From assembly GCA_965235115.1 (NCBI GenBank), contig OZ249436.1, positions 38,504,001-38,568,000 of the forward strand: a stretch of DNA of 64,000 bases, read 5' to 3'. The DNA is from Laetmonice hystrix. Its lineage: Eukaryota. The notes under the pieces were generated by a model. It had not been told where the DNA came from. It searched no databases and saw only the letters and a list, made by a program, of their open reading frames with translations. Shown here piece after piece: positions 42,201-57,200 of this stretch (positions are counted from its first letter, which is position 1; every line of letters begins with the position of its first letter). A program made the translations under genes and the position numbers.

Positions 42201-45200
42201 CATACCAACATAATACCAACTAATTTCGAACGTTTCCTTGGCCCGGCAGAAACAAAAATTACGAGAAAACAAAACAAAACAAAGAATTTACTGAAATCTT
42301 CAGTAGCAGACACTTGTGTCTAAATCCTATCCGTTGAGCCGATTCTTTGTTATATTGGTATAATCTTCGGATAATTAACATGGTCAAAATGGAAAGACGC
42401 ATTAATTTTATGTCATTTCGTAAGTACTTTGATAATCATCAGATAATGTACTGCAAACATGTCTTTCTTTTTAGGAAATTATAAATGTCACTGACAATGA
42501 TTTAGAAATAAGTCCTCGCAGACACCAAAAGGAGACAGCTTTTCCTTCGCAAAATATCTCTGAATCTTTTTTACAGCTTACCATTGATATTGAGCAAGTT
42601 TCAATAAATCAAATTTCAGAAAATCACAAATCGCCTTGCCTGCCATACACCATCTCCGAAACGCAAATCACATTTCAATAATCGTTCAAATTATATTACT
42701 AATACAATGTACACACGATTTGTTCAAGTTGTTTTCTATCCAGAATCATATTCACCAATAATATACCTTATTCTGGGAACAGACAGAAAACATAAAAATT
42801 GCCGATTTCAGATTGCCGATTAAAGTGACACCCCAAATTCCTTTGACGCCCAGTGACACCACGTTAACATTTCAGGTTCGACGGATAAGCGAAATTATTT
42901 TAAAAATGGAGTTATGATAGGGCGCCGAGTTAACGTTCGGCCCATCCGCTATTTTCCGAAGCCAGCGCGGGCTGGGAGCTAGCGGTACTCTCTTTATAAA
43001 TCATAGAGTATTTCCAATTTTTTTTTTAAATACTATCGCTCGAACCTGAAATTTAACATGGTTTTACTGGGGTTTAAAGGTAGCCTAAGGATTTGAGGAA
43101 TTTAGGGTGGCACTTTAAGTTAGTGTGCCTGCGAGCTCGATGCATGGGCGCGCTCTAGAGGCGTAAAATCTACACTGTAAAGAGTAATCGCTGTACATTT
43201 ACAGCAAAAATGGCTGGCAGCAAAGGTTCCAGCAAATTTTGCTGCAAAAGTACAGCACATCATGTGCTGTAATTTCTACAGCAATATGGTATGTAAATAA
43301 CAGGAACATGCACTGTAAATAGAAACAGCAGTTTCTACTGTAGATTTACAGGACGAAGATTTTAATGTATATTAGCACTATTAGTTTATTTATATACAGC
43401 ATGAAGTGCTGTTTTTCTATAAAGCGGATTTATATATTTACAGGGTAATGTGATGTATATTTACAGTATATTCTGATGTATAACAGCAGCAAATGGGAAC
43501 TATATGTACAGGACAAAGTACTGTTACGTTACAGTGGAGTATAACCAAGAAAATTAATTGTACACTGAACTCATGAAAATTATGACAAGCGAGAAACAAA
43601 CGTTTACATTCGACTCTACTTACCATCACAAAGGGTGTATTCATGTTATTGTTAATTTATTGCATTAACCGACTATCACAGGTAATATGACACTTTGGGG
43701 TACCTGTACTCAAATAAAGGGGCAAGTGAGAGTCATCACGTGACCACTGTGCTGGTTATCCAGTAACGTCTTACGTCCTGTAAATTTACAGTTCGCTTAT
43801 TGTACTGATCGAATACAGCAACAGTAATTGCCAAACTACAGTAACATTGGCAGTAATTTCCAATAACAGCAGCAAGCGCTGTTTCTTTTACAGTTTTATA
43901 TCTGTAGATATACAGCAGCATGTTACAGTGTATTTACAAGCAAGTCGAAGATGATGTGAAATAACAATATGCTGTAGACTAGCTACCAGCACGTGCTGTA
44001 TCTCTGTATTACCATGCTCTGTTAATCTACAGCAAAAGTTTCTGTTAATATAAAGTAGAATTTGCTGTGCATATACAACTTTTTACAGTGTAGACTATAA
44101 TCGGCGATATATGTCTCATCGCAGCATTATACCTGTCTGACCCTTGCAATATATCGGCGAAGGATTTTTCACTGTGCTCCCATGATAACGCAGGTAGTAT
44201 CGGGCCTGCGCCAGTGAAGAATCTATACATGATTCCTCGATATCGGCGACAGCCTCTCTGACATTGGCGTCATAGGCGACTTAAAATTATTTCATTGCGA
44301 CACCATTGCCAAGTCGCAAGACACGAATCCGAAGGCCGACATGCAAGCAAAATAACTATGCTGCGATGAGGGGCAAACATAATATTATACTACATGCTTG
44401 CAGTCTGTTCCCACCAAGTCTAAGGTTTTGACACGGACGACTTCAGACAGTTCTTCCTTTCAATTTTACGACTCTCGACTCTATAGGCCTACGCTTTATT
44501 GTCACTCTCCCAAATGCATTTAACGTACAGGCCATTCACCAACTTGTTCCCGGCAACTTGTTACCCCAGCCAGCGCATGCAAGCCTCTTGTATAATATAG
44601 GCCTACGTCCTCGACTGCTACCTCCTTCCGATCCTTTGAACCAATAGCCCTAAGCAGGGGCGGATTCAGGAGTTCGCAACAAAGTGGGGATAGATTGAGA
44701 TGGGGTATAGAGTACATTATACAGTGGCATAGCTATGTGTTATCATCACAGTCAGATTTGACGTTCAGAATTCTGGGTGTGGGGGGGGGGGGGGGGGGGT
44801 GTAGCAACCACTTTTATCATTGAAAAAGTAGAAATGAGGGATTTTAAGGGAAATTGTTCAGTGTGACAAAAGTGGGCAGAGGGGTGTGACAAAAGTCGTG
44901 ACCTTGAAAAGTTGGACAAAACTGGTCAAAAAGTTATGACTAAAGTGGTGTCCTCAAGAACGACAAAAGTGGGCGACTTTGTGACAAAAGTGGTGACCTG
45001 TGACAAAAGTGGGCGATTTGTGTGACAATAGTGGTGACCTATGACATAAGTTGTAAAAATGACAAAAGTGGTTGCTACAGGTGGGCACCTGGGAGGGCAC
45101 ACACCCCGAATGGTGAGTGCCCCCCCCCCCCGCCCCCAAGTACATGTATGTTGCGCTGTTGGCACCCTTCTCTGGGTCTGAGGTAGGCCTAGCCTTCTTT

Positions 45201-48200
45201 TCCCTTACAACTCAAGTCAGCTGGATTCGCCACTGCTAAGTAAGTAGACCTAGATCTGCATAAGTATAGCGCTCTGTTAGCTTTCCATCGATTAGCCATA
45301 ATTTTTTAGAGTGTAACTTTCTACAACGAGAATTAACGTTGTTCAACTTTTCCATATTTCGCAATGGGTGCCTCACTCAGAATGGGTGGGTGTAGGGCAC
45401 TAAACGGTACATTGCGCACACACACAAATTTGTGTGTGTGTGCCAAATACAAAAAGTTTTTGTATTTAATACAAAATCTTTTTGTATTTAATACAGAAAC
45501 TTTTTGTGTTAAATACAAAAAGTTTTTGTATCTAATACAAAAAAAAGTTGGCCCCAGAAAATTACTGTAGGCCTACTACGAGAAAGGTATAATATACCCT
45601 TAAAATATTATTTTAAGGGCGTATTTTCACAGATTTATACGTACTTATCATTTTATATAATTTGCATTTTGTCTAACAGATTCAGTGAGTAAAAACTAGA
45701 CCAAGTCAGCAGGTTTGTGGCGCCATCTATATATTTGTATTAGATACCAACAGTTTTTGTATTTATACACAAAGTTTTTGTATTATATACAAAAAGTTTT
45801 TGTATTATATACAAAAAGTTTTTGTATGTATAGACCATAGTAGATTAGTGAGATAGTGCTGTCGCCACGCCGATCAACAGATTGTACCAGTCACTCGTTG
45901 TTGGCTCCCATGCTTAGCCTCAATACCTTTACAGGGATGATGGATTGGACTTAAGACATGCTTATTTACTCAGGGCCACGACCAGACGTATCTCTTGCAC
46001 GATTTGATCCTCCACGATATCCCATTTTATATGTATTATAGACCTACATTATATGAAATCTAAATATATAACACGTCGATCTTAAAATGTATTTCTGTGT
46101 GTGTAATTTTGCGACAAGAAGAATGTGACAAATTAAGATTCTTGCACTATTTAGCATGCTTCGTTTTCCTTTGACTATTATTTTATAAAGGTATTTCGCC
46201 ACAAAAATGGAAGGTTCTGTGCTTTGAAGACAATACATATTAACGTTCGGATTATAATAACCCATTTCAACAAAACTATTCTAATTTTTACACATATTTT
46301 TTTGCAACAAATCCAGCAAACCGATGGTGACAGGAAAACTGGACAAGTTGTTGACCAAGATTCGACGCCGGACTGTGTATTTTGACAGCTCTTTGCCTGA
46401 ACTGTTATACGTGAGTGTACCCTCATCTTCCTCAACATCACGGGTTGTTATACGTGAGTGTACCCTCCTGTTCCTCAACATCCAGGGTTATTATACGTGA
46501 GTGTACCCTCCTGTTCCTCAACATCCAGGGTTATTATACGTGAGTGTACCCTCCTGTTCCTCAACATCCAGGGTTATTATACGTGAGTGTACCCTCCTGA
46601 TCCTCAACATCCAGGGTTGTTAAACGTGAGTGTACCCTCCTGTTCCTCAACATCCAGGGATATTATACGTGAGTGTACCCTCCTGTTCCTGAACATCCAG
46701 GGTTGTTATACGTGAGTGTACCCTCCTGTTCCTCAACATCCAGGGTTGTTATACTTGCGTGCACCCTCGTATTCCTCAACATCCAGGGTTATTATACGTG
46801 GGTGCACCCTCCTGTACGTGAGTGTACCGTCCCGTTCCTCAACATCTAGGGTTGTTATACGTGAGTGTACCCTCCTGTTCCTCAACATCCAGGGTTGTGA
46901 TACGTGAGTGTACCCTCCTGTTCCTCAACATCCAGAGTTGTTATAGGTGAGTGTACCCTCATCTTCCTGAACATCCAGGGATATTATACGTGAGTGTCCC
47001 CTCCTGTTCCTCAACATCCAGGGTTGTTATACGTGAGTGTCCCCTCCTGTTCCTCAACATCCAGGGTTGTTATACTTGAGTGTCCCCTCCTGTTCCTCAA
47101 CATCCAGGGTTGTGATACGTGAGTGTACCCTCCTGTTCCTCAACATCCAGAGTTGTGATACGTGAGTGTACCCTCCTGTTCCTCAACACCCAGAGTTGTT
47201 ATACGTGAGTGTACCCTCCTGTTCCTCAACATCCAGGGTTATTATACGTGAGTGTACCCTCATCTTCCTCAACATCCAGGGATATTATACGTGAGTGTAC
47301 CCTCCTGTTCCTCAACATCCAGGGTTATTATACGTGAGTGTCCCCTCCTGTTCCTCAACATCCAGGGTTATTATACGCGAGTGTACCCTCCTGTTCCTCA
47401 ACATCCAGGGTTATTATACGTAAGTGTACCCTCCTGTTCCTCAACATCCAGGGTTGTTATACGTGAGTGTATACCCTCCTGTTCCTCAACATCCAGGGTT
47501 ATTATACGTGAGTGTACCCTCCTGTTCCTTAACATCCAGGGTTATTATACGTGAGTGTCCCCTCCTGTTCCTCAACATCCAGGGTTATTATACGTGAGTG
47601 TCCCCTCCTGTTCCTCAACATCCAGGGTTATTATACGTGAGTGTCCCCTCCTGTTCCTCAACATCCAGGGTTGTTATACGTGAGTGTACCCTCCTGTTCC
47701 TCAACATCCAGGGTTGTTATACGTGAGTGTACCCTCCTGTTCCTCAACATCCAGGGTTATTATACGTGAGTGTCCCCTCCTGTTCCTCAACATCCAGGGT
47801 TATTATACGTGAGTGTCCCCTCCTGTTCCTCAACATCCAGGGTTATTATACGTGAGTGTACCTTCCTGTTCCTCAACATCCAGGGTTGTTATACGTGAGT
47901 GTACCCTCCTGTTCCTCAACATCCAGGGTTGTTATACATGAGTGCACCCTCCTGTTCCTCAACATCCAGGGTTATTATACGTGAGTGTACCCTCCTGTTC
48001 CTCAACATCCAGGGTTATTATACGTGAGTGTCCCCTCCTGTTCCTCAACATCCAGGGTTGTTATACGTGAGTGTATACCCTCCTGTTCCTCAACATCCAG
48101 GGTTGTTATACGTGAGTGTACCCTCCTGTTACTCAACATCCAGGGTTGTTATACGTGAGTGTATACCCTCCTGTTCCTCAACATCTAGGATTGTTATACG

Positions 48201-51200
48201 TGAGTGTACCCTCCTGTTACTCAACATCCAGGGTTGTTATACGTGAGTGTACCCTCCTGTTACTCAACATCCAGGGTTGTTATACGTGAGTGTATACCCT
48301 CCTGTTACTCAACATCCAGATTTCGACTGGACAGGTTTCGACTGTTCATGGAATCTTCAACAGTAAAGTTAATGTGAGTGTACCCTTCTGTTACTGTGAA
48401 TGCACTGCCAAAACGAATCCTTCTTACAGGACCTGACGAGCTACGAGTCGGACGAGTTGGTCATGAAGTCGCTTACTGTACTCAGTAACTTCTTCTCCTC
48501 CGAGGCCGGCGTCTTCGATATTATTACTCGTTGTCAGGTAACAGTGACTAGTATACTGATATACGATTATATTATATAAATTCTCACATTATTATATAAT
48601 ATCATAATGATTTATGTGATGCAATGTATCAGTATTAGTCTGTGTCTGTTGGGACTATTACTAAGCAGCAAAATCGACGGTCCCCATATATTAGGCCTTT
48701 AATATGATTAATGAAAGAGCTTGTCTACAAACCTGTGTGTTTCTACCCCAGCTGATGACAAGCCCAGAGATGATCGCTTTACACAATCTGACTGAGGCAC
48801 AGATTTCGACTGTTCAGGCCCTCTTCAACAGTAAACTTAACTCGCAGCAAGCCCAGGAAATAGTAGAAACACTGAACGACTTAAACAGGTATGCAAACGA
48901 TAATTTGTCAATTAATTGACCATTTTCGTATTTAGCGCTAACTATTTTATTTCTTTTTATTTCTTTTTTTTCATTATTCAGTTTCGTTAGTTCTTTTATC
49001 TTATTTTTTGTTTTTCTTTCTTGCCTTCTTTCTTTGTTTCCTTCGTTCTGTGTCTGCTTGTCTGTCTGTTTGCCTTTCTTTTCATTGGTTAATTCCTTTT
49101 TTTGCATTTTCTCGCACTTCTTTTTAAGCTTGTACGACAAGGGCGACCACGAAACGACAAACTTTGTGGCACAAAACATTGTTGTCAACAATGGTAAGTT
49201 AAACTTGACCAGACCAGAAAAGGCATTGTTTATTTCCCTTGAATGGACTAGAATTTTGCACTGTTGTGGCAGAGATGATGTGATTATTCCTGCTATAGAC
49301 CCAAAGCTTTCTCTTTGTAGGTGTACTTGATCTCCTCTTCACAATGATACTTCAAGACGTCGACCAATCACTAGAGGTACATTGATCAGATAATTATGAA
49401 TGACTGGGGAGAGTACGTACATGCCGTTGAAATGGTCACTTTTTACTTCAGAAGCGCGCGTCAGAGCTTTCTTGCTCTCGCCTGGTATGAATGTGTGACT
49501 TGTGCTGCCACCTAGCGTTAAGGCTTGAAACTAACCAGTGTGTTGTATTCAAAACGATGACAGCCAAGATCTTGGTCCTTGTTTAATGGGTTCATTTAAA
49601 TAAAACTTTTTATGTGGCTTACCATTTCAGCCAGCTGTCACCAAAAAATATTATTTAAAATAACCGCGCCTCCGCACCACTTTCGAAATTTTCTTCATGC
49701 CAAAAACCGGGATTTTTTTGGGGCCTCATATAGAAGTTCCTAATACTCTACCGCATTCAAAAGCTGATAATTGTATGGGACACAATTACATCATTTTAGC
49801 AGGATGCAATTGGGCAGAGAATTTATTCATTAACTTCTGACATATTAAAACTTTCTGTAACATTGATTCGTATATATTAAGGTTAATGCAACATTTTATC
49901 CCCATGTTTCTGATTTCCTCAATGTGAATAGCACCAGTCAAGTATGGCTCAGGAGATCATCGATACAAGTCTGGAGTTGTTGATGTCGGTGTCTAGCCAG
50001 AACGGTCTGGTGCAGAACTTGATCTTTGAAAACTTGGAGAAGTTCCTCTATGTTCGGAGCTCCGGGACGGTGTGGGCCCTGGTGCTCATCCACGTATGTA
50101 TATTATGGCAGAACTGACACATGGCCCTGAACACTGCATCATGGAGTCTTGTATTCCGTAACTCCTTATTCCATATATTTTATAATAGGCATCATGTGTG
50201 CAACAAATATTATAGAATCTATACCGTCACCTTGGTCTTATCTTCAAACCCACCCAAATATGTGCAAACATGTCTTTTTATTTTTTATTTTTATTTCCAA
50301 GGAGATTAGGCCCTCTACAAATGCTATATATATCCCTAAGTGACATGGCCACTTTAGGGCTTAGGGAGTGAGCAGTCGGAGATAACTCGCCCTGCCTGGC
50401 TACGTGCTCTTTCGTTATTGAAATAACCATATGACCAGTCGCTTACGAGGACGGATTTTCAAATTAGGTGCTCAGTTCTAGAGAATTCGGCTCAGTAACT
50501 GCAGTCTACAGTGATACCAACTAGAAGTATATATCCGACCTAGCCAGAACCCAAGAATCCGGCGACTCCCTGCAGGAAAAATAAGGAGACAGCCAGGGAA
50601 GCCACTCTACACGGTTTAGAGGCTGGGAAGATATTACCACTTTTGGGACAAAATATTCCCGAATAATTAAAACAATTTTTATAGATATAGGAACAGACTT
50701 TAGAGTTAGAAAATATGTTCTTGATGTAGTGGGTGGGAGCTCTCTTTTAAAAATGTACTTCCGGTTGCAGCAGACGAGCCAATCAGAAACTTGTGTTAAC
50801 CGTAAAGAGGCATTTCGGTAGAAAGTAATAAAAACAACTTCCTTTGCTGTTTTGGTGATGTGATCTTTCGTTGAAACTGATTCATAAACAAAGGGCGCAA
50901 GATTGTCGCCATTTCCCGTCAGAAATCAACTTTTCTATACAAGTCCCATTAGACTTGACAGACTTGGTCGCATGCTGTTCTGACCGTGGCCAAGCAGGGA
51001 TGGGAAGGAAGCATGTGTTCTTCCAGGGTTTAGTTTATAGAAGTTCTACGTTTATATGCAAGAAGCCTATCCGTCACCTATGTCTGTTGTCTGTGCGACG
51101 TCAGAAGATTGGGGCGTTGACAAAACCCAGTTTTACTGAAAATTATTTTGGGCCTAAGCTTTTAAGCGTTTAATCATAATCAGAGATTAAAAAATAATAT

Positions 51201-54200
51201 TATTGTCTGCAGTGGGACAGGATTAGAATTGGAAAAGGTGTCCATGGACCCCTCTTATTTAAAGATGGGAGCACCCCCCCCCCCCTTACAATTTTAGAGT
51301 CCTAGAATAACAATCATACGGTATATAAGCCGGTGCCATTGCATTTACGTTAAGAACCAACTACAAAGACAAACACACATCTATAGGCCTAACCTGCATG
51401 AACAACCGTTTGACAGGTGTTCCGTGGAAGTATCGGTCGGTGCCTGAAGGTGCAGCCTCGTCACATCCAACAGATCGTCAGGCAGGCAGGATGGTGCAAA
51501 GAGAAAGCACCAGAAATCGTCGACTTCCTGCGGAACCTCGTCAAGTGCAACAGTGTCATCATCAAGAGAAACCAGCAACTGGTACTGCGCAATCTCATGA
51601 ACCAGTTCAAGTCGGCCGGTTACGTCATGGACCTCACTGCCAACCAAAGGTGATTGACGTGTCCCACTTAACCCGAGAAACACCTAGTAGAAACCACTGC
51701 CGTTCTGCCGCCAATTAACCGGTCCCTCAGGCTGTTCAGAATTCGTACAGAAATCAATAGATCTTAGCTGTGATTAACTGAACTTCCGTTTTCTGCCTGC
51801 CCTCACACAGGTATGACATCCTGAAGGGGTTTAGGGGACCTGCACATTGTCGTTATCTGATCGCCCTGGTTGACCTTCTAGCGACCTGTGCTGAGGTGCG
51901 TATATTCCTTTTAACACCAGACTTTCATATGAGTTCAGGGACTTTATTATGGCAATATCATGGATTCTGATGTCGCAAAATTTTCCGTTATTTAACAAAT
52001 ATATCAACAAACACTTACAATGAAATACAGATACAATACGTACGTGTTACCTCACACGGACCGAAAATTGTGATCAATAAAGCAAACTTCAACTGAATTC
52101 CGCCTAGCCTAGGGTCAACTATATCTCTGTACAGTTAGAATCAGACAGAACCAGTTTGTGACAGGAAAATATCCCGCCAAAGCCTTACATAACAAAACAT
52201 CCGGCCCTGGTAATCTCAGCATTGATTAACTCTCATTTCACAGGGCCATATGCGCTACTCGGAATCCATCTGTCAGTCACTGATGACGCTCGAGGAACTG
52301 TTTAAGATTCTGAACAGTTCCGAGATACCGATTGAACACAAGGGACCCTTCGCTCGCTACATCGTGTGGGGATACCTGCGTACAGGGCGTACTGCAACGG
52401 AAGATGGCGTAGATCAACTCGCTCATAACAGGTGACGTCAGCAATTCTCTCGGTCCCTGTCGTCATGCTGAGCCTCAGAGGCAACTTTACGACTTTATCC
52501 AATAAACAGGCTGGTCAGCCGCCAACCAAAATTTGACGTTGTATAAGTTGTATGGATGGCCATAGAAGTAGACGAATATTGGAATATATACTGTAATATA
52601 ATATTTATATGTGTTCCTACTTTAGATTTATGATTAAATGTTTACATTATGTGTGCTGGAGCCAACCACACCCACGCTTTTTTAGAATAGATCGGATTCA
52701 GGAATTTTGGAAAGGGGAGGGGGGAGCGCCATCTTTTCGGCCTTCAGTGACATAAAACATGTCAGTAAAACACATGTTCAGGTAATTTCACAGGAATAAA
52801 GAGGGGGCGCCGCATGCCACTGCTTGCCACCATTTTGCGGAAAGTATATGCATTTATTTCGGGGATTGAAAAAAAAATATCGTCTTTGCTAGGGGTTATT
52901 GTTGATGAATGAGACTAATGACATAAATTAAGTTAGTGCTTACTGTTTTCAGGGACATCTGGCGACATTTAAGAAACATACGGCGGTACATGACGCCCTC
53001 GATCGTCAATACTCTCAAGTCTTGGCAGCAGACAGAGGGCAAACGTCTGCGGTAAGACTTCAACTCAACGTCATCAACTGTTGATTCCCATAAACAAACT
53101 ATTCTGCCGTGAAATGACAAAAGGAAGCAAGTCCAAAAGTTCAAGTTTCGAGACATGGACATAAACAAAGTTGTCTGTACAGTGCAGTTGGATTGACATG
53201 CTTACTTCTGTCATGCGACTGATAGCTTCATAGAAGGATGTTTAGCAGAAATACACCCATCGATAGATAGGGCTTAAACTTCCCTGAATCCAAATTTACA
53301 CTTAAATCGATTTTGGACTTGCTTCCTTTTGTCATTTCACGGTAGTATTGTGAAACGTTTGTAAAACCTTGTTGTTCGCTGGATTAATTCTATCCTAAGT
53401 GTCCGAAAGTCTGACTATAGGAAGAGGAGATTTTGTTCAACAAATCTTGTTGCCCATAATGCCTGATGTCCTTGACATCTCAGATACCGTCGAGACACCG
53501 TCTTCACAGTTCTCGATGTCGAAGGTCACTCCGCCGTCAGGTACGCCCTACAAGGCGGATTCTTACTCGTCCAGGTAAGGGCAGTGTTCACGTGGATGGT
53601 TTATTCTTGGTTACAACTACCGGTCTTCCTGTAAGTTGAATAGATTTGATTAACTATTATTGTATGTCTTCCTGCAGACATTTGTCAGCAAGTTTTATGA
53701 GCCGGATCCGGATCTATTTCCGGCGGAGGGGCAAATCCTGCTGCAGCTGACCAAGTTAATATTGGTAGGTCCAGTGACATGAAATCAGTTTATTAAACAA
53801 GTACAATGGTGTATAGGCCTATTGGGACCAACCATACCCGTGCATTTTTAACAATGGGTCCGCCGGCTTAGTGCATACCACGCTTCCAGGTTAATTTAAA
53901 ACCAATAGAGCTCCAACTTGCAATGCAAAGAATATTAAAGTTGGCTTGCCTTTTCCCAAAAGTATATGAAGGAGGAGGGTTAAGTGAAGCTTTTATATCA
54001 AAAGATTAATTTTTTTTACGTTTTTTAATTATTATTTTCAGCCGTTTGCACAGGCTTGCTTGGGGTTTGCCTCGGAAGTTGGCGAGGTTCGGATTATTGA
54101 CGAAACCGTCACAGCACTTCTGAAGAAACAGGGCAAGACGTCGAAGGTGTGCAACCCGATACTCGCCTGCATGTCTGGCACAATGATCTGATGATCTAAT

Positions 54201-57200
54201 TTAACTTTTAACCTCACATGTATAACACACTTGCTTACACTTTCAAACCAAGGTGCAGAGCGTTTAGTAAATTTCCTGATTTTGAGTGAGAATCTGAATT
54301 TTGGTGAGAAATATAACTCTGTGTTTCGTTATGTACTATACTCCCTACAGCTTTGTGACGACCTCCGTGAGCAAGGCGAGGTGACGAAGAAACTAGTGCA
54401 GATGGGGGAAGCCATCAAGGTGATTGTCTTCCAGTCTGGCTGTCAGATAGTCTTCCAGGCTGGCTGTCAGATTGTCTTCCAGTCTGGCTGTCAGATTGTC
54501 TTCCAGTCTGACTGGCAGATTGTCTTCCAGTCTGGCTGTCAGATTGTCTTCCAGTCTGGCTGTCAGATTGTCTTCCAGTCTGGCTGTCAGATTGTCTTCC
54601 AGTCGGGCTGTCAGATTGTCTTCCAGTCTGGCTGTCAGATTGTCTTCCAGTCTGGCTGTCAGATTGTCTTCCAGTCTGGCTGTCAGATTGTCTTCCAGTC
54701 TGGCTGTCAGATTGTCTTCCAGTCTGGCTGTCAGATTGTCTTCCAGTCTGGCTGTCAGATTGTCTCCCAGTCTGGCTGTCAGATTGTCTTCCAGTCGGGC
54801 TGTCAGAGCTGGTAAAGTGAAAGGGGGAGTCAGCAAATCCTGAATTCGTGAGCTCGAAATCGAGTTTTACAGTTGTCGTTTCGAGACTTATCGTGTACCT
54901 AAGTTTCAACTTCCAATACCCAACACAGATCTGCAATGAACTCTTTTATTCCATTGACTTTCAGAAAAAGGGAGACAAGGATCTAGAGGAGGAGGACCTA
55001 AACGAACGATTCCAGCTCTATGGGAATAACATCAGGTCCTACCTTAACGACCAGAAAACGGTAGCATCTGTACTGGGTATTTCAAGTCGCCGCGCGAAAC
55101 ACATGAGTAAGACGCAACGTGATTCATTTGCATTACTATTATTCTATTTTTATTCTCCCCCATTTATATTTTTATACTATTTACTTACTTAGTATATAAC
55201 AATGTTGTTAGGCTACTCTAGTATGTATCCCAGTGTCCATAGAGAGGAATGGATCCTGTCTCATTCACTGTCGCATTGCATTCACAATGTTGACTAGAAC
55301 AGCTACACGCCTGGGTGTTCGGGTTACTGTTTGATTTTTGTTTAGATCCATGTTTAAACCAATAAAGTAAGGCTTGCAACTGTTTCCTAAGATATGGGTC
55401 AGTCAGCATCTCTAAACATATGCCTTTATTTATCTTTAATTCTTTCCATAACTACATGTAGTCACAGTTTCTTCTTCACGTTTTGTTCCTCTCGCATTTA
55501 CTACTGTTTCTTTGTCCGGCTTTTGACGAACACCACTACCTTCCCCGCTACATGTTTGTGATGTCCCTGATTGTTTTCAGGTCTTAACTTACAAATTTTA
55601 CTATCTCAATTGGTAATATCTCGAGCTACTCCATAATTCACAATACTTGCAGACTATGTGAAGCCAGATGAAGAAGCCAAGCTCCCTCTAGAACCGGTAT
55701 TCCAACAACACGTGAAATGTTTCGTGACGTCACACAAGAACCTAGGCGAACGCTACAAGAGGGCACTGAAGCTAATCGACCAACTTGAGTAGGCGGTTCA
55801 CTGAATCATTCATTGTACTGTTGTACTGACCATCGTATCCTAGCCTGCTAAATCAAAATCAGAATCAGATCAGTCATTCGAAGTATTACGGTGTCCATTT
55901 CTCCTTACTAGACTAACTTGTGTGGGCTATAAATACTCTTCTCTATTCTTTCAGTCATTTTTCAAGAGTATGCCTATTTACATAATTTATTTATAGTCAC
56001 ATTTTCTTTAACATTATATCAATCTTGTAAATCTCCTATAAATCAGTTGTGAATACAGTGACTACAGGCCAACATCAGGGGGCTTTGCAATAACAAAGTG
56101 ACCCTGTAATTGTGAATGTTTTTTCGGCCTCCCCCCCTGGAAGATATCGGAAGTGGGGTTGCCCCCCACTCTGAATATATTCTCGCTCTTATATAAGGTG
56201 AATACAAGCTGGTTTTCTTTGATTTAAAAAAATCATATATTTATACATGCCACGTTTTTCCAGTCCTATTTGTGTAACTTGGCAATTCTGGTTTTTGTGT
56301 GTAGGATATCAAGCAGACTATACAAGCAGACAGCGGAACCGGAACAGGAGAAAGTCGACATCCGGTCACTCCAGATTCTGCGTGCTCTAATCTACAACCA
56401 GGTTGTTCAACTTCCTGATGACTGGACTGACAATTCTGGCAAGCATACAAAGTGGGTATTAAAAACTATATCCGTCATGAAAATAAATCTCAAGATGAAA
56501 ACCTTTTCGTTGATGCGATATAGATATTTGAAGGCACAATGGAAACCACAGTTATCAGCAACATTATTTCAATCAGCTTCGATCTTTTCTTGGAGAAGAA
56601 GAGAGAACAAGCAGTTCCTATGATATAGCTCCCTATAGACTCGGTTGAGAGAAATGGGATATAGGCCTATTCTAATTTCATAGTCCTCTAAGACAAAGGG
56701 CAATGCGACATATACAGGCAGTGAGGTGCCATTATCAGTAGGTTTCATGTAGGCCTATATAGACAGTATACTGGTAGGCCTACATTTAACCCGATCTCTC
56801 ACTAGGTTATAACGAACAGTTTAAGTGACAGTTTCACCTCGGATAGTCATAATAACTCGGATAATAGCTCGGATAATAGACAGTCGTCCCCTAATAGGAA
56901 CCTGCCAATAGGCAAGTTTGTTTAGTGCCTAAGTCTGAATTGAGTGTTTGAATTCTACATCCAGTTAGTCGTATAGCGGTACCCTACACCCTGCAAGTGT
57001 GCAGCACTGACAATCAGACATTTAACATCGTAATTGAATGATCAGACTTTCTTTGTGACTGAGGCTTGTCTTTCCAGTAGCAGTAATCTAATAGAGCAAT
57101 GACAGAATGAGCCATAATAAAAGGATTCCAGATCACGGCGTGCATGTACTTGTTTCTGCAGGACCCTGAAGGTGGTAAAGAGCATCCAGGACACGTACTG

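Noticed and set aside
46403..48319. CRISPR array interpretation of this and the other arrays
   Set aside because: Units are head-to-tail with no unique spacers, no cas genes are present, and the context is a spliceosomal-intron eukaryotic gene.
54231..54936. Repeat ORFs (IVFQSGCQ, LTARLEDN, QTGRQSDS) as proteins or an in-frame extension of exon 42
   Set aside because: A 24-bp unit is open in several frames by chance; read-through stops at 54813-54815 and the nearby GTAAAG donor (54812) is out of phase with exon 43.
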